Made by a program: the position numbers and the translations under genes
Source of the DNA: an uncultured Planctomycetaceae bacterium
GTDB lineage: Bacteria > Planctomycetota > Planctomycetia > Planctomycetales > Planctomycetaceae
Direction of reading: 5' to 3'
DNA: 64,000 bases
NCBI GenBank assembly: GCA_963813715.1
Contig: CAWFAK010000007.1
Coordinates: forward strand, 736,001-800,000
Notes under the pieces: model-generated
Database searches by the model: none
What the model saw: only the letters and a program-made list of their open reading frames with translations
Told to the model about the DNA's origin: nothing
Part shown: one piece after another, positions 11,736 through 23,294 of the stretch
How positions within the stretch are numbered: position 1 is the first letter of the stretch
Layout of the letters: each line of letters starts with the position of its first letter

Positions 11736-11975
11736 GGCATTCTCCTTAATTGCCTGCCATTCCGTTCCATCAGGCTGTCTGTCCAGAGTATCTCACCCGC
11801 TCACCAATGAGCAACGTATGCACACTAAATCCAAGTTGGCGATCGGTCCCGGACTCGCCCGCCCGACGTTGCCAGAGAACAGTCCACCGCGTATCCTAAA
11901 CACATTGACATCCGTTGATGTTCCCGCCTCGCTGCCTGCCTGATTTGCCCGCCGAACTGCTTGGTCTGACAGCGG

Positions 11976-14463
11976 ATGAAGCTGCCAATGACCCGCCCGC
12001 CGCTCGCGTTTTGCTGCTTCGCGGTTGCTGCCGCCCTATGCTGGCTGCCCGCTAACACTCCCGCCGCTGGCCCGCAGCTTCCCGCAAATCAGGTCGAATT
12101 CTTCGAATCGAAAGTCCGCCCCGTGCTCGCCGGCACATGCCTCAAGTGCCACGGCGTTTCCACGCATAAGGGAGGCCTGCGGCTCGACTCGCGCGATGCG
12201 GCGCTCAAAGGCGGCGATTCGGGAGCGGCCGTCGTGCCCGGCAATCCCGACGCCAGCCCCATGATCGAGGCGATCAACTATCGTGGGCTCGAGATGCCGC
12301 CGACCGGCAAGCTGAAGCCACGCGAGATCCAGGCGCTCGTCGAGTGGGTGAAGATGGGCGCCCCCTGGCCCAAGGAAGACGGCAAATCCGCGGGACCGTC
12401 GCGCGGCGATTTCACCATCACCGACGAAGACCATCACTACTGGGCCTTTCAACCGATCGGCCACCCGCAACTCCCGGCCGTGCGCAAAAAACTGGGTAGC
12501 CAATCCGATCGACGCCTTCGTGCTGGCCAGCCTCGAAGAAAAGGGCCTGGCGCCGAACCCGCCGGCCGAGCCTCGCGTGCTCATCCGCCGAGTGTTCTTC
12601 GATGTCATTGGGTTGCCGCCGACTCCCGAAGAGGTCGACGTCTTCGTCAAGAATCCTTCGGACGAAGCCTACTCGCGGCTGATCGACGGGCTCCTAGCGC
12701 GAAAGGAATACGGCGAGCGCTGGGGCCGACATTGGCTCGACGTCACGCGGTTTGCTCAAACCAACGGCTACGAACGAGACGCGGAAAAGCCTGAATCGTG
12801 GCGCTACCGCGATTACGTCATCGATGCGTTTAACGCCGACAAGCCCTACGACCGGTTCATCACCGAGCAGCTGGCCGGCGACGAACTTGACGAGCCCACT
12901 CCCGAATCGATCATCGCCACGGGCTTCTATCGACTGGGTATCTGGGACGATGAGCCCGATAACCAGGATGCAGCGGCGTGGGACGAAGTGGATGAAATGG
13001 TCCGCACGACCGGCGCGGCGTTCCTCGGGCTCACGCTCGGCTGCGCCCGCTGCCACAATCACATGTTCGATCCGATTCCCCAGGAAGACTACTATCGCCT
13101 GGCAGCATTCTTCCGCAACGTCGAACCGTACGGCAAGGCGCTGAGTCGCACGCATCTCGGCACGAACGACGCGGGCATTTTGACTCCGGTTGGCACGCAC
13201 GCGGAGTTTGCGGCATGGGAGGCGCGGCGGAATGAGCTGTCGCCCCAAGTCGCGCGGGCTAAAGCGAAACTCGCCAAGCTGCCCAAAAACGCGGAGCACA
13301 AGGCTGAACGCCAGCGTCTCGTCAATGAGCTGACCCGGCTGAAGAAACAGCAAGAAGCGGTCCCTCTGGAACGCGCGCTTTCAGTCCGCGAATGCGGCCC
13401 GCCCCTCCGCGAGACACGCGTGCTGATTCGCGGCAATGTCGCCACGCCGGGGAGGCACGTCGAACCGCGGTTTCTGACGATTCTGGGAGGCAAAACCCCG
13501 CAGGCGATTCCCACATCTTTCACCGGCCGCTCGGGGGAACACTCGCTCAAACCGATGCTGGTGGAAGCCGGGGTGCGCCCGACAATGGGCCTGCGTCGCG
13601 CCCTGGCCAACTGGATCGCCAGCGCGGACAACCCGCTGACCGCGCGCGTGATGGTCAATCGCATCTGGCAAGAGTATTTCGGCCGGGGCATCGTCCGCTC
13701 GACCGACAACTTTGGCCGCGCCGGCGTCCCGCCCACGCATCCCGAACTGCTGGCATGGCTGGCGCGCGACTTTGTCGACGGTGGCTGGCGGATCAAGCGG
13801 ATGCACAAACTGATCCTCCTGTCGCGGGCCTACCGCATGTCGTCAGCCGCGACTGATGCGAAAGACGTCGCGGTCGACGCGGATAATGATTTCTTCTGGC
13901 GTCAGAATCTGCGACGGCTGGATGCCGAGGCGATCCGCGACTCGATGCTGGCAGTCAGCGGACGGCTGAATCTTGCCGCTGGCGGCCGTGGCATCTTTCC
14001 GCCCCTCTCGAAGGATGTGCTCGCCACGCAATCGCGGCCCGGTATGGGCTGGGGGCAAAGCAGCGTCGAGGAACAGTCGCGTCGCAGCGTCTACATTTAT
14101 CTCAAGCGGACCTTGATGGTGCCGTTTCTGGAAACCTTCGATTACACGAATACGGCCGAATCGGTCGGCATCCGCCCGACCACGACAGTGGCGCCGCAGG
14201 CTCTGCTCTTGCTCAACAGCGAGTTCACCGACGAGCAAGCGCGGAACTTAGCGGAGCGGGTGCGCCGCGAAGCGGGCAACCTCCCCGCTGCGGAAGTCGA
14301 TCGGCTGTTTCGTCTGGCGCTCGGTCGCTTGCCGACGCCGCGCGAGGCGAAAATCTCTCTCGAGCTGCTGCAAAAGCCTCCCGGGCCCGATGGAGTGGCC
14401 GATCCGCTGCGGGCACTGTGCCTCGTGGTGCTGAATCTGAACGAGTTTGTGTACTTGGACTGA
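11976..14463 (+). CDS. PSD1/planctomycete cytochrome c domain protein (DUF1549/DUF1553); frameshift in A-run ~12490
   Basis: FFESKVRPVL..CLKCHG, YGERWGRHWLD, CARCHNH, NPLTARVMVNRIWQ, PTHPELL. Confidence 0.9.
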
Positions 14464-14551
14464 CGGTACCCGCAGTCACCACATGGAACTGTCGGCCCGC
14501 TCGGCGATCGATTTGTTCAGGCGGAAAGTCTGTTAGAATGCGACGGGGGAT

Positions 14552-16060
14552 TTGATGAGCGACCGTTCAACTCAGCCAGGAACTCCGACCGGCGGCTTCT
14601 GCGGACGCACGCGCCGTGAGTTTCTCTGGGAAACGGGAGCCGGCTTTACCGGCGTGGCGCTCGCCGCCCTGCTGGACCGCGACGGATTCTTTGGTGGGCG
14701 CGCGCTCGGCGGCAGCACGCCTCCGGGGCGCTCGCTGGATCGTCCCCTCGCCCCTCTGCCGGCCCCCTTTCCCGCGAAGGCCAAGCGGTGCATCTTCCTG
14801 TTCATGTACGGCGGTCCGTCGCAGATGGACCTCTTCGACTACAAGCCCGCGCTGCAAAAACGCCACGGCAAAACAGTCAACGTCGAAGTGCGGCGAGGTT
14901 TTGTCGTGCCGCAAACGCTGTTGGCCTCGAAGCGGCGTTTTGAGCGTCACGGTCAATCGGGCCAATGGTGCTCCGATGCGCTCCCCTGCATTGCTCGGCA
15001 CATGGACAAGCTGGCGGTCATTAAATCGCTGCAGATGGATTCGTTCGCCCACGCGTCGGCCCTCATTCAGATGAACTCGGGCCGCGTGCTGCAGGGGCAT
15101 CCGTGCCTGGGCTCCTGGGTGAATTACGGGCTGGGCACGCTCAACGAAAATCTGCCCGGCTTCGTGGTGATGCTCGATCCGCGAGGCGGACCGATCGCCG
15201 GGGCCGCCAACTGGATGAGCGGCTACATGCCGGCGGCCTACCAAGGCACCGTACTGCGCTCGACCGGTCAGCCGATCCTCAACCTGGCTCCGGCCAGCCG
15301 CATCGACCGGACGTGGCAGCGGGCGCAGGTCGAAACGATCAACGCGCTCAACGCCGAACACCTGGCGACGCGCCCGGGCTATTCCGAGCTGCAGGCGCGA
15401 ATCTCCGCCTACGAACTGGCGTTTCAACTGCAGTCGACGGCCCCCGAAGCGCTCGACCTTTCGGTCGAAACACAGGCTACGCAGGAACTGTACGGCCTGC
15501 ACGATCCCAAGCCGCCGCACAAGCTGTCGTTAGGCAGCGGTCCGTTCGGCCGGCAGTGTTTAATCGCCCGGCGATTGATCGAACGCGGCGTGCGTTTCGT
15601 CCAGATTTATCACGGTGGCGGACACAACGACGAGAACTGGGACGCTCATTCCAACGTCGACAACAACCTGCAAATCCACTGCCCCGAAATCGATAAGCCG
15701 ATCGCCGGTCTGCTCACCGACCTCGAGCAGCGCGGGCTCCTTGACGAGACCTTGGTGATTTGGGGAGGCGAGTTCGGCCGCCAAGCCGTTTCGCAGGCAG
15801 GCCTTGGCCGCGACCATAATCCCAAGGGCTTCACGTATTGGATGGCCGGCGGCGGGATCAAGCCGGGAATCAGTTACGGAGAGACGGATGAAATCGGCCA
15901 CGAAGCGGCGGTTAACACGCGTCACATTCGCGATCTGCATGCGACCATTCTGCACACGATGGGTTTCGACCATCGGAAGCTGTCGTTTTTCCACAACGGC
16001 CTGAATCAACGCCTGACCGGCGTGATCGAGGCCGAACCGATTCATGAGATTCTTGCATAG
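14552..16060 (+). CDS. DUF1501 domain protein (TAT-exported, sulfatase-like fold)
   Basis: TRREFL twin-arginine signal, GGPSQMDLFDYKP, WDAH, WGGEFGR, GRDH. Confidence 0.9.
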   Translation: MMSDRSTQPGTPTGGFCGRTRREFLWETGAGFTGVALAALLDRDGFFGGRALGGSTPPGRSLDRPLAPLPAPFPAKAKRCIFLFMYGGPSQMDLFDYKPALQKRHGKTVNVEVRRGFVVPQTLLASKRRFERHGQSGQWCSDALPCIARHMDKLAVIKSLQMDSFAHASALIQMNSGRVLQGHPCLGSWVNYGLGTLNENLPGFVVMLDPRGGPIAGAANWMSGYMPAAYQGTVLRSTGQPILNLAPASRIDRTWQRAQVETINALNAEHLATRPGYSELQARISAYELAFQLQSTAPEALDLSVETQATQELYGLHDPKPPHKLSLGSGPFGRQCLIARRLIERGVRFVQIYHGGGHNDENWDAHSNVDNNLQIHCPEIDKPIAGLLTDLEQRGLLDETLVIWGGEFGRQAVSQAGLGRDHNPKGFTYWMAGGGIKPGISYGETDEIGHEAAVNTRHIRDLHATILHTMGFDHRKLSFFHNGLNQRLTGVIEAEPIHEILA

Positions 16061-16103
16061 GCCACCCCTGATCTGGCGGCACCGTCTTTCGGAGTTCCTC
16101 ACG

Positions 16104-16853
16104 ATGCACAACCGAGTTCATAGCACGCTCGCTGCGCGCGCCGTTTTGGCGGCAGCAGGACTGCTCGCCCTGGCCCCAGGGACGCGCGGGGACGACCCGC
16201 CATCCGAACATGCCCTCAATGTCCCTCCGCCCGGCTACGTCGCCCTCTTCAACGGCAAAGATCTCACAGGCTGGAAGGGGTTGGTTCTGAACCCCAAGCA
16301 GCGTGCCGCGATGTCGGCCGAAGAACATGCGGAGCGGCAAAAGGAGGCCGACGCACGAATGCACAACCATTGGAAGGTCGTCGACGGCGCGCTGATGTTT
16401 GACGGGGCGCCGTTTAACGTGTCGGGCCCGCTTTGCACAATCAAGCAGTACGGTAATTTCGAGATGCTGGTGGACTGGAAGATCAGTAAGGGCGGCGATA
16501 GCGGCATTTATCTCCGCGGCTCACCCCAGGTGCAGATCTGGGATCCTGATGAACCGTCGCAGCAGAAAAACGGTGCCGGCAAGGGCTCGGGGGCGCTGTG
16601 GAACAACGCGATAAACGAGCGGTTCCCTCTCGTACGGGCCGACAACCGAATCGGTGAGTGGAACAGTTTCAAAATTCGGATGGTCGGTGACCGTGTCAGT
16701 GTCTGGCTCAACGGCAAGCTCGTCACCGACAACGTGGTGATGGAGAATTACTGGGACCGCAAGAAGCCGATCTATCCCCGCGAGCAGATCGAGCTGCAAA
16801 ACCACAATCATCCGCTTTACTTCCGCAACATCTTCATCAAGGAGCTGCCCTAG
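16104..16853 (+). CDS. DUF1080 (3-keto-disaccharide hydrolase-like) protein
   Basis: Signal peptide, LFNGKDLTGW, GDSGIYLRG, GEWN, IELQNH..YFRNIFIKEL. Confidence 0.85.
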   Translation: MHNRVHSTLAARAVLAAAGLLALAPGTRGDDPPSEHALNVPPPGYVALFNGKDLTGWKGLVLNPKQRAAMSAEEHAERQKEADARMHNHWKVVDGALMFDGAPFNVSGPLCTIKQYGNFEMLVDWKISKGGDSGIYLRGSPQVQIWDPDEPSQQKNGAGKGSGALWNNAINERFPLVRADNRIGEWNSFKIRMVGDRVSVWLNGKLVTDNVVMENYWDRKKPIYPREQIELQNHNHPLYFRNIFIKELP

Positions 16854-16854
16854 G

Positions 16855-17208
16855 ATGCCGTCGGTCGACTGGTACTATCACCGTCCCGGCTGTACGACGT
16901 GCGGGAAGTCGCAGGCATTTCTCGAGAAGAAGAAGCTCGACGTCAAGGAGCAGGTCAACGCTGCCAAAATCCGCTTCGAGCCCAAGCAGGCGCTCGAGCT
17001 CGTGCGCCAGGCGAATCGGGTGATTGTGGCCAAAGGGAAAAAGGTCGTCGACTTCGACATGAAGCGCGATCCGCCCGATGATGAAACGCTGCTCAAGCAC
17101 ATCATCGGCCCGAGCGGCAAACTCCGCGCACCCGTCATTCGCCGCGGCTCGACTTTGTTGATCGGCTTCGCCGAGGACGAATTCGCCGAAGTGCTCGGCG
17201 CGAAGTAA
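16855..17208 (+). CDS. ArsC/Spx-like thioredoxin-fold protein
   Basis: HRPGCTTCGK CxxC motif and GPSGKLRAP...LIGF. Confidence 0.75.
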   Translation: MPSVDWYYHRPGCTTCGKSQAFLEKKKLDVKEQVNAAKIRFEPKQALELVRQANRVIVAKGKKVVDFDMKRDPPDDETLLKHIIGPSGKLRAPVIRRGSTLLIGFAEDEFAEVLGAK

Positions 17209-17214
17209 ACCTTC

Positions 17215-17964
17215 TTGGAGGCGGCTGCGGTGCAACTAGCCGGTCGGGTCGCCATCGTGACGGGCGGAGGCAAGCGGATTGGCCGCGCTCTCTGCCTCAC
17301 TCTCGCCGATGCTGGCTGCTCGGTGATGGTGCACTACTCGCACTCGGCGGAGGAGGCGCGCGGCACGGTCGAGCAGATCACCGCTTTGGGCGGGCAGGCC
17401 GACTGCGTCGGCGCCGACTTCGGCGATCCGCACCCGGCGATTCCGCAAGTCATCGGCGCCGCCTACGAGCGGTTCGGCCGCGCGGATATTTTGATCAACA
17501 GCGCGGCCATTTTTGAGCCAGGCTCGCTCGCGTCGACCACCGAGTCGGACTGGGACCGGCAATTCGCGATCAATCTCAAGGCCCCCGCCTTCCTGTGCCG
17601 CGAGTTTGCCGCGCGGCATCAGCCGGGAGTGCCAGCGGCCATCGTGAATATTGCCGACTGGCGCGGTCTCAAACCGCTTCCCGGGCACTTCTCTTACACG
17701 TTAACCAAGGCCGCGCTCATCGCCATGACGCGGATCCTGGCGATAGAACTGGCACCGGACATCCGCGTTAATGCCGTGGCTCCCGGGTCGATCCTGCCGC
17801 CCCCCGGCGCGGGCCCGGACTATCTCGAACACTTAGCGAAACAAGTCCCGCTCAAGCGGCACGGCGACCCGAGCGACGTGACGAGTGCCGTGCTTTATCT
17901 GCTGCGATCCGACTTCGTGACAGGCGAAGTGATCGCCGTCACCGGCGGCGAGCAACTTCAGTGA
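17215..17964 (+). CDS. SDR oxidoreductase, pteridine reductase (PTR1/FolM-like)
   Basis: TGGGKRIG, VHY, INSA, YTLTK, RVNAVAPG; lies next to folB and folK. Confidence 0.8.
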   Translation: MEAAAVQLAGRVAIVTGGGKRIGRALCLTLADAGCSVMVHYSHSAEEARGTVEQITALGGQADCVGADFGDPHPAIPQVIGAAYERFGRADILINSAAIFEPGSLASTTESDWDRQFAINLKAPAFLCREFAARHQPGVPAAIVNIADWRGLKPLPGHFSYTLTKAALIAMTRILAIELAPDIRVNAVAPGSILPPPGAGPDYLEHLAKQVPLKRHGDPSDVTSAVLYLLRSDFVTGEVIAVTGGEQLQ

Positions 17965-18136
17965 CGCCTACCCAGATCGAGTGCACCGGTGCCCGAACGC
18001 AGCGGTGCCTTTGAAATTCACTCTGGCGTACGCCTCGAACCGGGCCGAAAATAGAGAACGGTAGTTGCTGCGGCCGGACAGCGCCCAATCCGAGTCGTCC
18101 AGCGTGGCCCTTGCCGTAGTTCGCCGAGTCATCCCG

Positions 18137-18499
18137 ATGTCCGACAAGATCCGCATCAATGGCCTGTTTCTGCGCACGATCATCGGCATCAACCACGATG
18201 AGCGCGAGCACAAACAGGACGTGTTGATCAACCTGTCCCTCAGCGTCGACACGCGGCCCGCCGCTCGCACCGATCAAATCGAGGACGCGGTGAATTACCG
18301 GACGATTACCAAGAACGTCATCGATCTGGTGGAGAATTCACGTTTTTTTCTAGTCGAGCGGATGGCCGACGAGATCGCCCGGCTGTGCCTTCGCGATTCG
18401 CGCGTGGATGCGGTGCGGGTCAGTATCGAGAAGCCGGCCGCCCTGCGGTTTGCCCGCTCCGTCGGCGTGGTGATCCGGAGAACCCGAGCGGATGTCTGA
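18137..18499 (+). CDS. folB: Dihydroneopterin aldolase
   Basis: DKIRINGLFLRTIIGI..ER..KQ, VNY, LVERMA, IEKPAAL. Confidence 0.9.
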   Translation: MSDKIRINGLFLRTIIGINHDEREHKQDVLINLSLSVDTRPAARTDQIEDAVNYRTITKNVIDLVENSRFFLVERMADEIARLCLRDSRVDAVRVSIEKPAALRFARSVGVVIRRTRADV

Positions 18500-19031
18500 G
18501 CGCCGGGCCAACCGCGCCTACCTGTCGCTCGGTTCCAATATCGAGCCGGAGCAAAATCTCCCGGCCGCTGTTCGCGAGTTGGCAGCATTCGGCCGCATTC
18601 TGGCGGTGTCTAACGTTTGGGAATCGGCCCCGTTCCGTGTCGGTGACACAGAACGCCCCGACCGACAAGCCGACAAGAACTTCTTGAATGCGGCCCTGGT
18701 CCTCGAAACGCCGCTGTCGCCGCCGGAACTTTACGAGCAGGCGATTTCGTCGGTCGAGCGCCGGCTGGGACGCGTGCGAGATCCCCACGACAAGAACGCG
18801 CCGCGGACGATCGATGTCGATCTTTCGCTCTTCAATGATGACGTGCTCGAGTTCGCCGGCCACCGCGTCCCGGACCCAGAAATCCTGATCCGGCCGTTCG
18901 TCGCCATTCCGCTGGCCGAGGTCGCTCCAGACTATGTGCATCCGATCGAGCGACGGCGCCTCGCCGACATCGCGGTCGCTTGGTTGAACAATTCCGGTCT
19001 ACTACCGCGGGCCGACGTCAAGCTGGAGTAG
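18492..19031 (+). CDS. folK: 2-amino-4-hydroxy-6-hydroxymethyldihydropteridine diphosphokinase
   Basis: AYLSLGSN, FLNA, ERRLGR, PRTIDVD, RPFVAIPLAE. Confidence 0.92.
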   Translation: MSERRANRAYLSLGSNIEPEQNLPAAVRELAAFGRILAVSNVWESAPFRVGDTERPDRQADKNFLNAALVLETPLSPPELYEQAISSVERRLGRVRDPHDKNAPRTIDVDLSLFNDDVLEFAGHRVPDPEILIRPFVAIPLAEVAPDYVHPIERRRLADIAVAWLNNSGLLPRADVKLE

Positions 19032-19081
19032 GACCGAGAGCGAGAACGCTACCAGCGGGAATCGCCAGAAACGTGAACCGC

Positions 19082-19699
19082 TTACCAGCCGTACGGAGCC
19101 CCATAGTACACGCTATAAGACAATGGCGTGCCGTAGGTGTTGTCGAACTGGTACGGCGCGACGTAGCCGTACTGCGGCACGTTCGGTTCGCCCGTGGCCG
19201 GGTACGGCATCTGGTTGAGCATCAGCCCCAGGGTCGCCTCACTGCGGTAAGAGGGATGGGCCACATACTCGGCGCGGCTGAACGGAACCGACCGATAGAC
19301 CTCGGCGTAACTGGGACGCCGCATCGGTCCAGCCGGGTGCGCGCTCCCAGGGATGATGCGGAGGCCGTCGGCGGCCGACGACTGCGGCGCTGCTGCTGCC
19401 GGAGGATTCGCCTGCGGCGCCGACTTCGTCCCCGGTTCGTACGGCGGGGGCGCGGGCTGAGACGGTGACGCCGGATGAGACGGGGGCGTCGCCTGTGCCA
19501 GCGTCAGCTTAGTGGCCGGTAGAATGCGGATCGTCCACGCATCCTTGTCCGCAGCCACGGCCGCGGACGACAAGGCGACCCCGACACACAAAGCGACGCA
19601 CAGGCGAGGAACCGAAATCCGCCGGACGAGCCCCACCGTGTTGTGCGCACGGGGGGCCGTCAGGCGGACTGGAATCCCGGAATTCTCAGGCACCGTCAT
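19082..19699 (-). CDS. Exported Pro/Tyr-rich hypothetical protein
   Basis: Signal-like segment (LCVALCVGVALSSAAVA), Pro-rich linker, Tyr-rich C-terminus. Confidence 0.55.
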   Translation of the reverse strand: MTVPENSGIPVRLTAPRAHNTVGLVRRISVPRLCVALCVGVALSSAAVAADKDAWTIRILPATKLTLAQATPPSHPASPSQPAPPPYEPGTKSAPQANPPAAAAPQSSAADGLRIIPGSAHPAGPMRRPSYAEVYRSVPFSRAEYVAHPSYRSEATLGLMLNQMPYPATGEPNVPQYGYVAPYQFDNTYGTPLSYSVYYGAPYGW

Positions 19700-19929
19700 A
19701 GGAGACTCTGCTTCAGAAGGGTTGGATTGTTTTGTCCGGATTGATTTCATTTTGCCGATTATTCTCATTTTACCTATCTTTACTGAGCGCGGTCAACGGG
19801 TTGGTTGACGTTCTGTGCGATCGCGGCTTAATCCGTCGACGTCGTTGACCGTGCTCAAGCACAACGTCTAAAGTAAATGCTCACCATGATTTGAAGCTCG
19901 TGGGCGTCATCCCAATCAGGACATCCGAG

Positions 19930-21315
19930 TTGGCAGCCAAAGCCTGGGGCGGTCGATTTCAGCAGGCCACCGATCCCCGCGTCGAGCGGTTCACCGAGTC
20001 GATCAGCTTCGATCGCCGTCTGGCCGCCGTCGACATTCGCGGCTCGAAGGCCCATGCGCAGATGCTGGCCCAGTCTGGCCTGATTACAAACGCCGAATGC
20101 CAGAAAATCCTCGCCACGCTGGACGAGATCGGGGCCGAGATCGAAGCGGGAACCTTTCCGTTCTGCACCGAGCTCGAAGACATCCATATGCACGTCGAGC
20201 AGGCGCTGATCGCCCGCACCGGCGACGTTGGCCGCAAGCTGCATACGGGCCGCAGCCGCAATGATCAGATTGCGACTGACCTCAAGCTCTTCGTGCGGGA
20301 CGCGGCCGCCCGAATTGACGCCTTGCTCGAGGGTCTCCAGCGAGCGTTCGTCGCCCGCAGTACGCGCGACGTGGACGTGGTCGTTCCCGGCTACACGCAT
20401 CTCCAACGGGCCCAGCCTGTGATGGTCGTGCATTACTGGCTGGCTTACTGCGAGAAACTTCAGCGCGACCGCGGTCGTATCAGCGACGCCGTCATGCGGC
20501 TCAATTTCTCGCCGTTGGGAGCGGCGGCCCTCGCCGGCACATCGCTCCCCATCGATCGCGAGCTGACTGCGAGGCTGCTCGAGTTCACCGGCCCTGCGGC
20601 CAACAGTCTCGACATCACCGGCGATCGCGACTTTCTCGTCGAGTTCTTGTTCGCGCTCTCCCTCATCGCCGTGCATCTGAGCGGCTGGGCTCAGGAGTGG
20701 ATTTCCTGGTTCTCCACCGAATTCGGCTTCCTGAAGTTGCCCGACTCGCTGACGACCGGCTCCTCGATCATGCCGCAAAAGCGCAATCCCGACGTGCTCG
20801 AGCTGATTCGCGGCAAGTCGGCCCGCGTGGTCGGCGCCCTCACGCAGGGACTGTTTTTGCTCAAGGATTTGCCCCTGGCGTACAACCGCGACTTGCAGGA
20901 AGACAAGGTGCCGCTTTTCGAGGCCTACGACACGCTGTCCGCGTGCCTGGAGCTGGCGGCCGAGCTTGTCGCGGGCGCGGAATTGCAGCGTGAGCGGATC
21001 GCCTCCCGGTTGGAGGAAGGATTCCTCGACGCGACGGCGCTGATGGAATACCTGATTCGCCGCGGCGTGCCGATGCGCACGGCGCACGAGACGGTGGGCA
21101 AGCTGGTCGCCGCCTGCGAAGCCGAGCGGACTCGCCTCGCGCAACTGCCGCTCGAACGCTTGCAAGCGGTCTGTGACAAGATCGGGCCGGACGTCGCCGG
21201 AGTGCTCGGCGTCGAAAACGCGATGAAGGCCCTTTCGAGCTTCGGCTCCGGCGGACGCGGGCCTGTGCTCGAGCAGCTGGCCCGCTGGCAGGCGAAGCTC
21301 GGCATGCATGCGTAA
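19930..21315 (+). CDS. argH: Argininosuccinate lyase
   Basis: [49 protein letters not shown]. Confidence 0.97.
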   Translation: MAAKAWGGRFQQATDPRVERFTESISFDRRLAAVDIRGSKAHAQMLAQSGLITNAECQKILATLDEIGAEIEAGTFPFCTELEDIHMHVEQALIARTGDVGRKLHTGRSRNDQIATDLKLFVRDAAARIDALLEGLQRAFVARSTRDVDVVVPGYTHLQRAQPVMVVHYWLAYCEKLQRDRGRISDAVMRLNFSPLGAAALAGTSLPIDRELTARLLEFTGPAANSLDITGDRDFLVEFLFALSLIAVHLSGWAQEWISWFSTEFGFLKLPDSLTTGSSIMPQKRNPDVLELIRGKSARVVGALTQGLFLLKDLPLAYNRDLQEDKVPLFEAYDTLSACLELAAELVAGAELQRERIASRLEEGFLDATALMEYLIRRGVPMRTAHETVGKLVAACEAERTRLAQLPLERLQAVCDKIGPDVAGVLGVENAMKALSSFGSGGRGPVLEQLARWQAKLGMHA

Positions 21316-22137
21316 CATCCGGCTCACGCTGGCGTACGACGGCACCGGCTATGTCGGCTGGCAGATTCAGCCCAACGGAATTTCGGTGCAATCAGTGGTC
21401 GAAGCGGGCATTCGCGAATTCAGCGGAACCAAGCCGTCGCTGATCGCGGCGGGCCGGACGGACGCCGGCGTGCACGCGCTGGGCCAGGTCGCCAACTTCC
21501 AGACCGAGTCCGCCATCCCTTGCCAGGGATTTCGCGCGGGGCTGCAGGCGTATCTGCCTCGCGACATAGTGGTGGTCGACGCTGATGAAGTGCCACTCGA
21601 CTTTCATGCGACGTACGCGGCCAAGCGGAAGCGGTATCGCTACGTGATTCAAAACGCCCGCGCGGCTCATCCCTTCTTACGCAATTACGTCTACGAGTAT
21701 CATGCCCACCTCGACGAGCAAGAGATGCACGCCGCCGGCCAGGTCTTCGTCGGCACGCACGACTTTCGCGCCTTCGAGACGCAGCACCCCAACACGGCCA
21801 GCAGCGTGCGGACCGTGTTCGAGCTGAACGTCCGCCGCTTGGCCGAATGGACGGCCTGGAATGCCGGCCGGCCGGCGCGCCTGAGGAGCCCAACTCCGAT
21901 TTGCCGGCGGCTAACCCGGTAGGAGAATTCGTCGCGATCGACATCGTCGCCAACGGCTTCCTCTATAACATGGTCCGCACCATTGCCGGGACGTTGATCC
22001 GCGTCGGCGAGCATAAGTGGGATGCGGCCCACGTGGATGAGATCCTCGAGCATGGTTCGCGTCCTCAGGCGGGCCCGACCGCCCCCGCGTGCGGCCTCTA
22101 TTTGGTCCGAGTCGAGTATGACGAGGCACGCACGTGA
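21308..22137 (+). CDS. truA: tRNA pseudouridine(38-40) synthase; frameshift ~21870
   Basis: [20 protein letters not shown] and GTHDF in the first [13 protein letters not shown] and TAPACGLYL in the 21847-22137 frame. Confidence 0.92.
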
Positions 22138-23294
22138 AATTTCGCGTCGTGCATTTCATCACGCGGTTGATCATCGGCGGCGCGCAAGAGAACACTCTGC
22201 TGACGGTCGAAGATCAGCATCGTCTGTACGGCGACGAGGTGACGCTCATCTCCGGCCCGGGACTCGGTCCCGAGGGAACGCTGGTCGAGCGGGCCCAAAG
22301 CGGCGGCCTCGACCTGCGGATCATTCCCGAACTTCGACGGAGCATCCATCCCTGGCGTGACTGGCGCAGCTATCGCCGATTGCTCGCGCTGCTGCGGGAA
22401 ATTCGGCCGCAAATTGTCCACACGCATAGCTCGAAGGCCGGGATCCTCGGACGCCTGGCGGCGAGCCGTCTCGGCATTCCGGCCGTGCACACCATCCACG
22501 GCGCCTCATTTCATTACGGCCAGAATCCGCTCGCCTATCAAAGCTACATCCTGGCCGAGAAATGGGCCGCGCGGCACTGCCGAAAGTTCATCAGCGTGTG
22601 TGACGCCATGACCGATCAATACGTGCAAGCCGGCATCGCGCCGCGCGATCGGTTCGTCACGATCTACAGCGGCATGGAGGTCGAGCCGTTCCTCAACCCG
22701 CCGCGACCGCGCGACGAAGTCAGGCGGCAGTTGGGATTCGGTCCGGAGCACGTGGTCATCACGAAGGTGGCGCGGCTGTTTCATCTCAAAGGGCACGAGT
22801 GCGTGATCGCGGCGGCCGGCCGAGTCGCCCGCGAACATCCCCACGTCCGTTTCCTGTTCGTGGGGGACGGCATTCTCCGCGACCAGTTCCAACGTCAGAT
22901 CAAAGAAGCCGGGCTGAGCGACGCGTTCGTGTTCACCGGCCTCGTTCCTCCGCAGCAAGTCCCCGAGTTGATCCAGGCGTCCGACGTGATCGTGCATACC
23001 AGTCTCTGGGAGGGATTGGCACGCGTGCTTCCGCAAGCTTTGATCGCCGGGAAACCGGTGGTCAGTTATGACGTCGATGGAGCGAGGGAGGTCGTGATTC
23101 CCGGACAGACCGGATACCTGCTTCCACGGCAGTCCGTCCATGATTTGTCCGCGGCGCTTTGTGAATTAGTGGCGGACCCCGCGCTGCGCGAACGACTCGG
23201 ACGGACCGGACGCGAGCGGTTTGTCGAACAGTTCCGCCACGAGACGATGACTCGTCGCATTCGCGAGGTCTACGAATCCCTCCTTGCGGGATGA
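22134..23294 (+). CDS. Glycosyltransferase family 4
   Basis: IIGGAQENT, HTHSSKAG, ARLFHLKGH, SLWEGLARVLPQAL. Confidence 0.88.
   Translation: MKFRVVHFITRLIIGGAQENTLLTVEDQHRLYGDEVTLISGPGLGPEGTLVERAQSGGLDLRIIPELRRSIHPWRDWRSYRRLLALLREIRPQIVHTHSSKAGILGRLAASRLGIPAVHTIHGASFHYGQNPLAYQSYILAEKWAARHCRKFISVCDAMTDQYVQAGIAPRDRFVTIYSGMEVEPFLNPPRPRDEVRRQLGFGPEHVVITKVARLFHLKGHECVIAAAGRVAREHPHVRFLFVGDGILRDQFQRQIKEAGLSDAFVFTGLVPPQQVPELIQASDVIVHTSLWEGLARVLPQALIAGKPVVSYDVDGAREVVIPGQTGYLLPRQSVHDLSAALCELVADPALRERLGRTGRERFVEQFRHETMTRRIREVYESLLAG

Noticed and set aside
12480..12500. Programmed ribosomal frameshift at the A-run in the PSD1 gene
   Set aside because: It is one of many indels in the window, so a homopolymer sequencing error is more parsimonious.
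16855..17208. Selenoprotein form of the ArsC-like protein
   Set aside because: The motif is encoded TGT-ACG-ACG-TGC (Cys), with no in-frame TGA. The two redoxin CxxC motifs are also plain Cys.
17965..18136. THF riboswitch upstream of folB
   Set aside because: I could not recognise the consensus or a convincing fold by eye; an Infernal search would settle it.
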